64,000 nt of DNA from Thermoproteota archaeon (lineage in GTDB: Archaea > Thermoproteota > Bathyarchaeia > Bathyarchaeales > Bathyarchaeaceae): assembly GCA_042565955.1 (NCBI GenBank), contig JBHORG010000003.1:33328-97327 (forward strand), read 5' to 3'. Shown piece by piece: positions 48,672 through 58,968 of this stretch (position 1 is the first letter of the stretch; the number at the start of each line of letters is the position of its first letter). The notes beneath the pieces were generated by a model that was not told where the DNA came from, did no database searches, and was given only the letters and a program-made list of their open reading frames with translations. Made by a program: the position numbers and the translations under genes.

Positions 48672-49964
48672 ATGGTGAAGTTAACAATCGATGGCATTGA
48701 CTGCTATTATGGGTCCGTTAATATTCTGGAGGATATTCAGTTTGCAGTTAAGAGCGGCGAATTTCTTGGAATTCTTGGTCCCAACGGTTCAGGAAAAACT
48801 ACTTTGCTCAAAAGCATCAGCAGATTACTCAAGCCGCGAAAAGGAACGATCCTCATAGGTGATTTGAACATCTATAACATGAAAACCGTAGAAGTTGCAA
48901 AACAGTTGGCAGTGGTCCCGCAGACCACACCAGTAACATTCGATTTTACTTCTTTGGAGGTAGTTCTTATGGGGCGTAATCCCCATATGGCTCGGTTCGC
49001 GATGGAAAGCAAAGCGGACATGGCTATAGCAAAGAATTCCATGAAATTAACCAATACTTGGGATTTCGCCGACAGACCTGTAACCGAACTTAGCGGTGGA
49101 GAAAGGCAACGCGTGATAATTGCGCGTGCCCTGACTCAGGAACCCAAAATTCTTTTGTTAGACGAACCAACAACCCATTTGGACATCAGTAACCAGCTGG
49201 AAATAATGGACCTCATCAAGCATTTGTGTAAAACAAAGAAGTTGTTGATAGTTGCGGTTTTTCATGACTTCAATTTGGCTGCACGATACTGTGATTCTAT
49301 AATTCTTTTGAAGGAAGGCAAGATTGTTGCTGCCGGTAAATCCTATGAGACTCTAACAAGCGAAAACGTCAAAAAAGTTTTCAGTGTTGACACTATTGTG
49401 AAGAAACATCCTATTACTGGTTATCTTCATGTGATTCCCATCTCACGACCCATAAATCTGATTCAGAAGAGCCTTATTGTTCATATTATATCTGGAGGTG
49501 GTACAGGTAGCCCCGTGATGAAGGCCCTGCTGGATGAAGGTTATCGTGTTACTGCTGGGGTTCTCAACCTTTTAGACACAGATCAGGAAACTGCCCAACT
49601 GTTGTCGATTCCAACAACAAACGAGGCTCCATTTTCCCCGATAACAGATGAAGCATACAAAGCAAACCTACAGCTGATGAGTAAAGCTAATGTTCTTGTG
49701 ATAACGCCGACCCAGTTTGGAGGTGGCAACCTTCGTAACCTAGAAGCTGCAGAAACGGTATTGGAGACTGGAATACCCACAATACTCCTAGATGATGGCC
49801 TAATAGCTGAGAGAGATTTCACCAACGGAAAAGCCACAGAACACTTGAAAAGACTCAAAAGCAAAGGTGCATCAACCGTGAAGAGCATCAGCGAACTAGT
49901 AAATTTCATCAACAACTTAGAAACCAAAAACAACAAACAGAACAATCAAACAGTACACCCATAA
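48672..49964 (+). CDS. ABC transporter ATP-binding protein with ~170-aa C-terminal extension
   Basis: Walker A GPNGSGKTT, LSGGERQR and LLLDEPT lie in the first ~255 aa, followed by an unrecognised domain beginning LIVHIISGGGTGSPV. Confidence 0.85.
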   Translation: MVKLTIDGIDCYYGSVNILEDIQFAVKSGEFLGILGPNGSGKTTLLKSISRLLKPRKGTILIGDLNIYNMKTVEVAKQLAVVPQTTPVTFDFTSLEVVLMGRNPHMARFAMESKADMAIAKNSMKLTNTWDFADRPVTELSGGERQRVIIARALTQEPKILLLDEPTTHLDISNQLEIMDLIKHLCKTKKLLIVAVFHDFNLAARYCDSIILLKEGKIVAAGKSYETLTSENVKKVFSVDTIVKKHPITGYLHVIPISRPINLIQKSLIVHIISGGGTGSPVMKALLDEGYRVTAGVLNLLDTDQETAQLLSIPTTNEAPFSPITDEAYKANLQLMSKANVLVITPTQFGGGNLRNLEAAETVLETGIPTILLDDGLIAERDFTNGKATEHLKRLKSKGASTVKSISELVNFINNLETKNNKQNNQTVHP

Positions 49965-50038
49965 TTTGGTGACTCAGTCATTTTCTTGAAAAATTAGATA
50001 CTTTTTTATTCATTCTATAGACTCTTAACAATTGTCCA

Positions 50039-51121
50039 ATGGTGAGTATTGTGAGACAAACTGGACCCTTGTTTATTTTACCTTGGAGATGCACACAAGC
50101 CTGCACCAGCAGTTGCTTGCACTGCGGTTTTGCATCAACTCCCGTAGCTTCAGACGCGTTGGGAACAAAAAAAACCAAGCATATTATCGATCAAATATAT
50201 GATTTTGGCGCAACCTTTCTAGGAATAAGCGGTGGCGAGCCTCTTCAACGAAAAGACCTCCCAGAACTAATAGAGTACGCCAAAAAAGTGGGCTTGAATG
50301 TCAGTCTCATTACCAACGGCTCTTTTGTTGGCGACAAATTTTTTGATACCCTAGCTAAGCATGGAGTTCGTGTCTCAGTAAGTATTGATGGATCAGAAGA
50401 AATCAATGATGCAATACGCGGAAAGGGTGCATACGAAAAAGCCATTTCAACAATAGAGAAGGCGTCCAAAGCAGGATTGCTGGACTGTCTTGTAGCTACC
50501 CTTGCAAACGTCGACTCGGAGCGAAATAACGTTAACTCCTTGGATATGGAACACATCATCAAACTAGCTGAAGCTAATGGTGCTCGTTGGGTAGTGATTC
50601 ACGGATTTGTTCCCTTCAACAGCACAAAGGAGCACCTGGCCAAGAATCCCTCCCCGCAACAGTACGAAAGAATCTGGAACGAGGTTTACGATTTAAGTAT
50701 GAAATATAAGGGGAAACCTGAGGTCAACGTTTATTGTCCCTTTTATGCACGAGTTGCTAAACAGCGGGGAATGCCAAACTTTGATGATTGGTTCAAGAAC
50801 TTTTTCCTTGGAAAATGCGCCATCGCAGGAAAATATATGAGTGTAATCGAAAATGGGGATGTAATACCCTGCAGCTTCAATGATCGTATCAAACTGGGAA
50901 ACATTGAGGACAAGTCTCTAAATCAACTCTGGGGAGAACTACAAAAATCAGAACTTGCTCTGAAGCTCGGAGACAAAGGCAACTTGAAGGGGAAATGTGG
51001 CGTATGCGAATATAAAGAAATTTGTGGTGGATGCAGAACAAGAGCAGAAATGTATACTGGAGACATCTTTGAGTCTGATCCATCATGTGGATATGTTCCA
51101 AAAAGTCTACGTGAACAATAA
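50039..51121 (+). CDS. radical SAM protein with SPASM-like C-terminal domain
   Basis: CTSSCLHC (CxxxCxxC), GISGGEPL and a C-terminal CGVCEYKEICGGCRTRA cluster. Confidence 0.8.
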   Translation: MVSIVRQTGPLFILPWRCTQACTSSCLHCGFASTPVASDALGTKKTKHIIDQIYDFGATFLGISGGEPLQRKDLPELIEYAKKVGLNVSLITNGSFVGDKFFDTLAKHGVRVSVSIDGSEEINDAIRGKGAYEKAISTIEKASKAGLLDCLVATLANVDSERNNVNSLDMEHIIKLAEANGARWVVIHGFVPFNSTKEHLAKNPSPQQYERIWNEVYDLSMKYKGKPEVNVYCPFYARVAKQRGMPNFDDWFKNFFLGKCAIAGKYMSVIENGDVIPCSFNDRIKLGNIEDKSLNQLWGELQKSELALKLGDKGNLKGKCGVCEYKEICGGCRTRAEMYTGDIFESDPSCGYVPKSLREQ

Positions 51122-51146
51122 CACATAAGACATCAAGTCTAGCCAA

Positions 51147-53456
51147 CTACCTTTTTGTTGTATATACTGTAATTCTACCGTTGTCATAAAGTCTGTCTAA
51201 ATCTGGAGAAACCTCCCTTTCTGAGAGAACTTGTTGCGGTTGTGTGTCAACAACCACCAATTTGATGTCGTACTCTTCAATGTATGTAGGAAAGTCTATC
51301 TGTTCAATATCCAGTTTGGCGGTTGAATCATATTCCTGTATAAATTCTGAGGCTTCAAACTGTTTTATGCCTTCAAAATCAGAGTTGCAAAGAAGCGTCG
51401 AAAATGAAACCTCTTGTTTCATTCCATCCTCCAAATAGCCTAATTCGTATCTGACCGTTAATAGGTCAATTAATTTATTTTCCAGAGCACCGATGGTAAA
51501 AAAATTGGGTGTATCATGGAAATCGAAAACTCCGAGTATTTGATTGTTTGAATCAAGTATCGCTATAACGTTTCCCTCTACCCTGTCAAAATCGTCCTCT
51601 ATTACCACCCATTCTCTTTCTTCGTTAACGTATGTGGCCTTATCCCATGGATTTTGCCATTCAAGAACTCCCGGAACAAGTGCTTTCTTAAAATCAAAGG
51701 AAAGATCCATAAAATTGCCGAATTCCAATTTGACGTTTGCCAAGTTTTTGTGAGCTTCGATCAACCAATTTATATCAACTACAGAACTGTTACTTGAAAA
51801 CGTGACAGTCTTCGTGACCTTGAATAGTTCATGACTATATTCTGAAATCAACTGAGTCTTTTCCGGGGTGGTAATTGTCCAGTAAATGTTTTGGTCAGTT
51901 TCAGAGAGTGGGATCTCTCTCCATCTGCCGAATGGATCAATATGAATCACGGTTGCTTTCTCGTTTGGAATGCTAATGCCTCTATTCCAAATGTTGTGAA
52001 TTGCTACATACATTTCTAGCCCAGGATTTGGGCTTGCTGAAGTGTATTCTTGAATAAGTGTGCGTGTGTTGTGCATCTCATAGAAGCCATACAATACTGA
52101 TTCGGCAATTGCGTTTCTATAATACTGGGGGTCTGTCTCTTGAATTGTTTCACGTTCTGAAAGGATATTGAGCCAAGACCCTGGGCTTCTTGATGATACC
52201 ACTCTTCCCTCTGGGGATGAATACTGTTTTATCCAAAGAGCCGAATTGTAGCTAGATATTGACGATCTTTCATAGAATTCTGGATAGGTTTCTGTTCTTT
52301 GGAGAAAGAAAGTGCCTTGTAGAATGAATAAAGAAACGATTGATACCAAAGCAAAAACTTTGGTAACTTTTAGAATTATTTGTTTTCCTTTGATGTTTTG
52401 GGATATTATTGTTTCAAAAATCGCGGGTATTTTTGTTAGACTATATGTTAAGATTCCTGCAAGAATTGCCAATGGTGTGGCGAAAAAGTATACGAAACGG
52501 ATGTAGGGCAAGTAAAAACCAAAAATGTATGATTGAGACAAAAGGAATGGAATTGATATCCATGTAAATATTAATATTGATGCTGTCAAGTTTTTCTTTT
52601 TTTTCAGTAAGATTATTGTTAAGGGTATTCCTAATAATGCTATGTATAATGATGCCCCAAAGTTGTTTCTGATTAATGCATCAAGTCCTACTTCGGGGAT
52701 ATTGTAGACGGTCTCTGTCATAGTAAAAAATAGATGTTCTATAATCCTGTTGGAATATTCAATAATCAATCTTGCGTACCATGCTAGTAGTGCCAAGCCG
52801 CCACCAACAATTATTCCAAAAAATACTAGGATCTTTCTTTTTTTGCTGCTTGTTTTGGTGACTAGAAATGCGGGAATAAACATCAGAACAAAAACGAATG
52901 TGGCAAGTTGATGTGATAATACGATTGTGAATGATCCTATAAATAGGAAGAATGTTTTCTGGTAAACGTGCATATCTTTGTTTAGGATGTAAAAAATGAA
53001 TGCTATGTATGCCAAGCCTAGAAAGTTTGCGTAGCCTCCCCAGAAAATCATTTCAGAAAGTGGAACGGAAAGAATTACGAAAACGGATGCTGTAACTCCG
53101 ATACCTATTCCAAATAATTTTTTGCATAGCAAGTAGGTGGATAGTAGGATTAGAACATTGAGGGTTGCGATTAGCATTTTTAGAATGAATGCTGCAGCAA
53201 TGACATCTAGGGTTCCTGCGAGAATTTGGAGTATTGCTAATAATGTGTGGAACAGGGGTGGATACCATGGGACTGTGCTGTATGTGACTTTTTGGTCGAT
53301 TACAATTGTTGCTGATTTTCCAAGGTGTACGGCGGGGTCGTTTCCTGGGAGTATTCCTGCGGATGACATTTGGTGAACTGTGATAATAAATAGTATTGAT
53401 GCGGCGATTATGATAAAAACCAGTTCAATAGTTGACAGTTTTATTTTTTGCACCAA
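51147..53456 (-). CDS. GT-C-like integral membrane glycosyltransferase, paralog A
   Basis: About 12 N-terminal TM segments plus a ~400-aa soluble domain. Shares the LPGNDPAVH loop and SEMIFWGGYAN motif with ORFs 54569-57328 and 58969-61245. Confidence 0.55.
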   Translation of the reverse strand: MVQKIKLSTIELVFIIIAASILFIITVHQMSSAGILPGNDPAVHLGKSATIVIDQKVTYSTVPWYPPLFHTLLAILQILAGTLDVIAAAFILKMLIATLNVLILLSTYLLCKKLFGIGIGVTASVFVILSVPLSEMIFWGGYANFLGLAYIAFIFYILNKDMHVYQKTFFLFIGSFTIVLSHQLATFVFVLMFIPAFLVTKTSSKKRKILVFFGIIVGGGLALLAWYARLIIEYSNRIIEHLFFTMTETVYNIPEVGLDALIRNNFGASLYIALLGIPLTIILLKKKKNLTASILIFTWISIPFLLSQSYIFGFYLPYIRFVYFFATPLAILAGILTYSLTKIPAIFETIISQNIKGKQIILKVTKVFALVSIVSLFILQGTFFLQRTETYPEFYERSSISSYNSALWIKQYSSPEGRVVSSRSPGSWLNILSERETIQETDPQYYRNAIAESVLYGFYEMHNTRTLIQEYTSASPNPGLEMYVAIHNIWNRGISIPNEKATVIHIDPFGRWREIPLSETDQNIYWTITTPEKTQLISEYSHELFKVTKTVTFSSNSSVVDINWLIEAHKNLANVKLEFGNFMDLSFDFKKALVPGVLEWQNPWDKATYVNEEREWVVIEDDFDRVEGNVIAILDSNNQILGVFDFHDTPNFFTIGALENKLIDLLTVRYELGYLEDGMKQEVSFSTLLCNSDFEGIKQFEASEFIQEYDSTAKLDIEQIDFPTYIEEYDIKLVVVDTQPQQVLSEREVSPDLDRLYDNGRITVYTTKR

Positions 53457-53693
53457 TTGTCCTCCAAGTTGTTGGGAGTCAGGAGTACATGATTAATGAG
53501 GTTGCCCTAATTAAAATATCAGTTTTCCCGCGGATTTGGAATATTTACCTAAACTATTTTGCTGGTTCTAAACTTGAAATGTTTCTTTACTGGATTATAT
53601 CGGGATTCGAAAATAATTCTATTTTCTGAGCATTTTTGTGTAGGAAGCTTTCCTTTTAAGATGTGGCGTCTCTTGCCTCTTAAGGTTGAAGTC

Positions 53694-53906
53694 ATGAAGC
53701 ATCTGTTCTGTGATTGTTGCGGAGATACTGTCGTTGCAGTGTATCCATGTAAATTTGTTTTTCATGACGGTTTAACCTCTGAGTTTAATATTTGCATAGA
53801 TTGTATGGAAACTGGAACTCTGGAAATAAACCTCAAACGAAAGAGGATGGTTTCCAAAATTCTTTTTAGATTATCAAAAAACCGCAAAAGAGCGCAGACG
53901 CAGTAG
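53694..53906 (+). CDS. small Cys-rich protein, function unknown
   Basis: MKHLFCDCCGD...CIDCMETG with a basic tail; an internal ATG of the listed ORF 53559-53906. Confidence 0.25.
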   Translation: MKHLFCDCCGDTVVAVYPCKFVFHDGLTSEFNICIDCMETGTLEINLKRKRMVSKILFRLSKNRKRAQTQ

Positions 53907-54568
53907 GTGTTCAATAAGTAGAACACTCTGTTCTAATCCATGGAACTAAATTTCGCTCTAACCTAGAATAATACGGTTAATGGGTGAGTGAGGGTACTGT
54001 ATTCAATAAAACATGTGACTGTCAACGAGTTGGATAAGCTAATTGAGACTATTGTACATGTGAACACGAAAAGCTGCTATTCATAGACGTAGTTCACTTT
54101 GTTATTTGAAAAACCTTGGCGTTTCTGTTGTTGAATACGATTTGTAAGTTTGGTTTTCCAAGAAATTCAAATGGACCTGGACCTTTTGGTCTCTGCGTAG
54201 CACATACGAAACACTATGTTTCTCTATCGTTTCATCGTAATCTTATACGAATAACTGGTCTGTGGTTCTGTTTCTGAATGAGAAGCTGAAGGGGTACGTA
54301 TACTTGATTGTTTACGAAACGTTAGAAACCATGATCCTTTGGTCAACTTACAGATAGAAAAGGAAAACAACAATTAACCTCATCTCGTCTTTAACTGTAA
54401 AATTATAGTTTATCCTATAATACTGCCTAGAGCTTGAGTAAGTTGAGAAGATCCCTCAGGATTTCGTCAATCGTAGTCATTTTTGCAGGCGTCAGTTTAC
54501 TGTTTGTTCTATATACAACCTAAAGCAAACAGAGAATAAGCGCCTTTTTTCTATTCTAAAACTTCAAC

Positions 54569-57328
54569 CTAATTAACTTTAAAAATAACTATGCTGTCGT
54601 TTTGAAACACTTCGGTATAATGTTCAGAGTCAATACGAAACAGGTCAATCGCTTGATACCTGTTTATGAGGATATAATCAATGTGTAGATATTCGATCAA
54701 GTCATATGAATTGTAAACGGTGAAGGTTTGATTGTCATTTGTCTTTTCGGTGGGGGATTCTATGAAGGGGGATACTATGAATATCCTAATGTGAACATAA
54801 AGATTGTCTTGCAACGGATCGGGTTCGAAGTAGTAAGATGGAACAGGCGCGGATTCTTTTGTATTTTCGAACCAGACTGTATATCGGTTAAGATTACCGT
54901 TGGTTTTTATTACCTCAATTTGGACTCGTGTATCTTCGTTGGGTGATGCTTGAGAAAGGGAAACACCATGATTTTCTAATACTTCACAATCTTCCAATGA
55001 TGTGTCAAACAATGCCCATAGATTGACCTTGAACATCGTCAGCGTAGAGTTTTTGGGCAATATTTGAAAGATGACATCCACAGATGATTTCTCTTCACTA
55101 ATTATTACGCTTCTATTGATTTCAATATAAGGTTGCTCGTAAGTAATAGTAAAGTTTGCCGACGTTTCATCATATTCGATGCTTGAAGTCCTATTTTCAG
55201 AATAGAAGGGGGCTGGGAGTAACCATTCTTCGTTTTCGAATGGGACGTTGGGAAGATAACTAACGTAGATTTCGAAATATTGAATATTCCTGTTAGGTGT
55301 AGCAAACACCATGTTAACGGAGCTGGTTTCTCCGCTTTTCAGACTCAACTCGTAGCTGCCCCGAAATGGATTGCCTCGTTGAAACGTCGGTTCAATGTCT
55401 CCTTGGTCATTATACAGGTATACATCTATACCTACGGAAGAATCGCTAATACCTTCTTGCGAGAATTGAATAATTTCTTCTATTCTGTAGTCATTCCTGA
55501 TTGTGGCGTTAATTACAACTGCAGGAACACCTATAAAATCTTCCTCGCCGCTATCTTCCGTAAAGCTTACGTTGGAATAAGCATAACTTAGAGAGGCTGA
55601 TTCAAGAAAGATATTGGTTGGTTTATTATTATTGTTTTGAACGTATGGTGGCCAAGATAAATAGTGTGGACCAATTGTAATAGTATCAGATGGTACCGCA
55701 TCAAATTGCGTGTTGATCTCTTGAGATGACGTTAGGTTATTGTTTGTGGAGTAAAACAATTGATGTTGTTTATCGTTTAAGGTAAGCTTGTCTTGATAAT
55801 CATTATCAATAAAAGCGGCGATCTTTGGGTTTGTGGTGCTTGAAGGATAAGCCTCGGTTACACTAAGGTTGTATTCGGCAGAATAAGTTCCTGCGAAAAT
55901 TCGATTGGCGATTCGGATTTCGTCTCGCTCAAGTTGGTAAGAGTAGTAATTGAGATCTCCTGAGAATACACATAATCGTTTAGAGTATCCTTCGATCCAC
56001 CAGCCGTATGAATTGCCTCCGCCACCTATTGTCCCTTTTGGATGCCCAGATGTTGCTATTGTGGCATTCGGGGCGGTGTTATCTTTGATCCATCTTAATG
56101 CTTCGATTTCGTCATTATAGATGAACTGGTAGCTTTCTGGTGCTGAAGTGTGTTCTCTATCGTTCTGATAATAATGGCGAATCGTCATTACTGGGATCTG
56201 GAAACCGATTATAGCTATGAAACAAACAACAATCAGGTAAATGGTCATCCTTGAATTTTTAACGTTCTTGTAAGCATGTATAATGATGTTCTCTTTGATG
56301 TTATCATAAAGCCAGACGATATCGAAAAACAGGTCTCTTAAGTAGATACCGAAACACAAAATCAGGGGGATGGGCAGAAAATAGAGCCATCGGAAAAGGT
56401 GTCCAGTAACCAAAGATAGAAGAAATGGCGAAAGGGAAAGACTGCAGAGAATCAGTCCATTATTTTTGTGCTCCTCCTTAACGTATTTAGACAGAGCAAA
56501 GAGGCCTAGTCCAAATACAATTGTAACAGCAAAGAAATCCCAAAATTCCACTATTCCCCATAAGCTGCTAAGGGATATTTGTGGTATTGAAAAAAGGGTA
56601 TTTTCCCCTATCTCATTCGAAGAGTTCTGAAAAAAACTAAGGTAAAAAGAAAAGTATGGTAAGCTAAATACTACGGTAACTATAGTCATAAGAAATAAAC
56701 TTTTTATTCGGACTTTGCTAATTCGCTTATGCGTTAACGTTGTAGCTATGAAGAAGATGAATAACGAAAACAATAAATAAATTGCTACAAGAATGTGCGT
56801 GCCTACAACTAAGCTGAAGAAGAAACCTGAAAGTAGTAAGTTCTTTTTTGAAGGTTCTTCCATTAAATCGACGAAAAAGAATAAAGTGAGTAGCATAAAA
56901 GAAAAACCTAGAAAGTTGGGGGTACCTCCCCAAGAAATCATCTCAAAATTACTTATGAATAATACAAGAAGCCATGTACAAATCAAGGAGGCAAGACGAC
57001 TGCCTGAGAGTCTTCTTGCAAGAAGAAAAAATGGAATAGTGATTACTGAAAAGACCAATGAGGCCACAATTTTCAATGCAGTAAACTCTTCAAAAATTCT
57101 AAGGATCATATCAAGCAGGACGAAAAAAATGGGGTTATGTCGAAGCCCCCATCCTCTTAAGTCGTTTCCGCGCAAAATTTCTACTTGTGTAAGGTAATTC
57201 CCATAATCAGAACCAGGCGGAGCCTTATTGACAAGCCCAACATAATAAAGAACAAAGGAAACGATGAATATTAGTAACAACATCAGAATCAAAGGAAGAT
57301 ATGAAGACAAACGCTTATTTGCCAACAT
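54569..57328 (-). CDS. GT-C-like integral membrane glycosyltransferase, paralog B
   Basis: PPGSDYGNY loop, NFEMISWGGTPN motif and YGWWIEGY after the last TM; its start overlaps the end of the GT4 gene by 14 nt. Confidence 0.55.
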   Translation of the reverse strand: MLANKRLSSYLPLILMLLLIFIVSFVLYYVGLVNKAPPGSDYGNYLTQVEILRGNDLRGWGLRHNPIFFVLLDMILRIFEEFTALKIVASLVFSVITIPFFLLARRLSGSRLASLICTWLLVLFISNFEMISWGGTPNFLGFSFMLLTLFFFVDLMEEPSKKNLLLSGFFFSLVVGTHILVAIYLLFSLFIFFIATTLTHKRISKVRIKSLFLMTIVTVVFSLPYFSFYLSFFQNSSNEIGENTLFSIPQISLSSLWGIVEFWDFFAVTIVFGLGLFALSKYVKEEHKNNGLILCSLSLSPFLLSLVTGHLFRWLYFLPIPLILCFGIYLRDLFFDIVWLYDNIKENIIIHAYKNVKNSRMTIYLIVVCFIAIIGFQIPVMTIRHYYQNDREHTSAPESYQFIYNDEIEALRWIKDNTAPNATIATSGHPKGTIGGGGNSYGWWIEGYSKRLCVFSGDLNYYSYQLERDEIRIANRIFAGTYSAEYNLSVTEAYPSSTTNPKIAAFIDNDYQDKLTLNDKQHQLFYSTNNNLTSSQEINTQFDAVPSDTITIGPHYLSWPPYVQNNNNKPTNIFLESASLSYAYSNVSFTEDSGEEDFIGVPAVVINATIRNDYRIEEIIQFSQEGISDSSVGIDVYLYNDQGDIEPTFQRGNPFRGSYELSLKSGETSSVNMVFATPNRNIQYFEIYVSYLPNVPFENEEWLLPAPFYSENRTSSIEYDETSANFTITYEQPYIEINRSVIISEEKSSVDVIFQILPKNSTLTMFKVNLWALFDTSLEDCEVLENHGVSLSQASPNEDTRVQIEVIKTNGNLNRYTVWFENTKESAPVPSYYFEPDPLQDNLYVHIRIFIVSPFIESPTEKTNDNQTFTVYNSYDLIEYLHIDYILINRYQAIDLFRIDSEHYTEVFQNDSIVIFKVN

Positions 57329-58526
57329 TATTCATTACCAAACCAAAAAAGTCTTCCACATGATTTGTGATGATATCCCAGTCGTATTTTTTTGCATAGT
57401 TTACAGCGTTAACGCTCAGTTCCTTCCACTGTTCTTCATTACTATGCAGTTGAGTAATTGCTGCGGCAATCGAAATCTCACTCGGTTCTACCATAAGGCC
57501 GCATTTGAAACCGCACAATTCCTTTACGGCGTTTTCTGAATAGTTTAACGTAACAAAGGGTACACCAGCCGCCATAGCCTCCAAGACTACAATACCTGAA
57601 CCCTCTCTCTCGCTTGGTGAAACAAAAAGCCAAGCACTTTTCAATAGATCAATCATCTGGTTTTCAGGCAAAAATCCATGAATAAAACAATCCTTGATGC
57701 CCGCAGCCCAGTTTCTTACTGAGTGAAGTTCTGAACCAGAACCGATAACATGTAACTCAGCCGTAGGTATTTTCTTTTTAACTTCACGAAAAGCGTCAAC
57801 TAACAACTTTACATGTTTATGAGAAACGATACGGCCGACGTAGACGATACGCCCCCATACCTTAGTACGTGAAGTGCTAAACTTTACGAAGTTGACCCCA
57901 TTGGGAATCACGACCACTTTTGAGGGTTTGATCTTTAGAAGATTCGATAGTCTTTGTCTTGTAAATTCTGAAACAGCAACATGGTAGTCACCAACATTCT
58001 TTAGCAGTTTCTGCATCAAAGTTACTTTTAGAAAATTGGTCCAAACCTCACACCACTCTTGAATTAGTGGACTGGCTACAGGTTTTGCACACAAAGAGTG
58101 AAGAATTGGCCACTGATTAGAATAATAAAGATCGAAATCTGAGCCTAGCAATCGCATTAACGACGACGCTGAATATTTCACAATGCCTCCAAAAGAACGA
58201 AATCCATCAGCTGAAACATAATTTCGAGAATATGCATACCGATGCACAATTATTCCGTTTACTTCTTCTTCTTTAGGCAAATTTTCATCGTATTGAATGG
58301 TAAAAACATGGATTTCATGCCCTCTGGTAGCTAACCTGCGCCCAATTTCCATATGCCTTGTCTCACATCCGCCTATGTGAGGATGGAAAAACTCGGTCAG
58401 ATAAGCTATTTTCAGGTTCCGCACAGCAATATACATCCAATCTTTGAAGCCCAATTTCTTTTCGCGTAAACAGGAACAATAGTATCGCTCATGATTATTT
58501 GATCTCCTGCTTGTAGAACCCACCAT
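57315..58526 (-). CDS. GT4 family (GT-B fold) glycosyltransferase
   Basis: The C-terminal EREGSGIVVLEAMAAGVP motif is typical of group 1 glycosyltransferases; the start is probably the ATG at 58436. Confidence 0.85.
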   Translation of the reverse strand: MVGSTSRRSNNHERYYCSCLREKKLGFKDWMYIAVRNLKIAYLTEFFHPHIGGCETRHMEIGRRLATRGHEIHVFTIQYDENLPKEEEVNGIIVHRYAYSRNYVSADGFRSFGGIVKYSASSLMRLLGSDFDLYYSNQWPILHSLCAKPVASPLIQEWCEVWTNFLKVTLMQKLLKNVGDYHVAVSEFTRQRLSNLLKIKPSKVVVIPNGVNFVKFSTSRTKVWGRIVYVGRIVSHKHVKLLVDAFREVKKKIPTAELHVIGSGSELHSVRNWAAGIKDCFIHGFLPENQMIDLLKSAWLFVSPSEREGSGIVVLEAMAAGVPFVTLNYSENAVKELCGFKCGLMVEPSEISIAAAITQLHSNEEQWKELSVNAVNYAKKYDWDIITNHVEDFFGLVMNNVGK

Positions 58527-58813
58527 CAGGCAACATTTGTTCTATAATTGACTTCTCTAAAGAAATTATCTCTAAAAAGATTATCTATAGATCCATTACC
58601 AGCAATCATACCAATAACCTCCGAAGGCAATCTCTGATAAGACTTTGCGTAGAATACCTTATTCAAAGTCTGATTACCCTTGCACTCAACATTCACTTTC
58701 AAAGGCTCCCGAAAAATAAAAGAATCCTCCTTGTTAGCACAACCTTCTGGTAGAACATTGAATTCATATTCAGTCATACAATCACAACTTTCTGAATGCC
58801 AAGGATGTTTCAA
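58526..58813 (-). CDS. hypothetical protein
   Basis: 95-aa ORF whose stop overlaps the listed GT4 start. Confidence 0.35.
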   Translation of the reverse strand: MKHPWHSESCDCMTEYEFNVLPEGCANKEDSFIFREPLKVNVECKGNQTLNKVFYAKSYQRLPSEVIGMIAGNGSIDNLFRDNFFREVNYRTNVA

Positions 58814-58968
58814 CTTAGAATTGGATAAAGCCAGAGTATACTTGAACGTGATATATTTTATTTTCAGTTCCTATTCTAGATATGATAGGGATAGTTTGTG
58901 GTTACCTTTACTTGTCTAGAATAGACGAATTTCAGTTTCCAAATCCCTCTTAGGCTTCATAGAATAGG

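Noticed and set aside
53907-54568. 660-bp gap without ORFs between glycosyltransferase genes, inspected for ncRNA, repeats or gene remnants
   Set aside because: No recognisable RNA motif, repeat or protein-like frame was found by eye.
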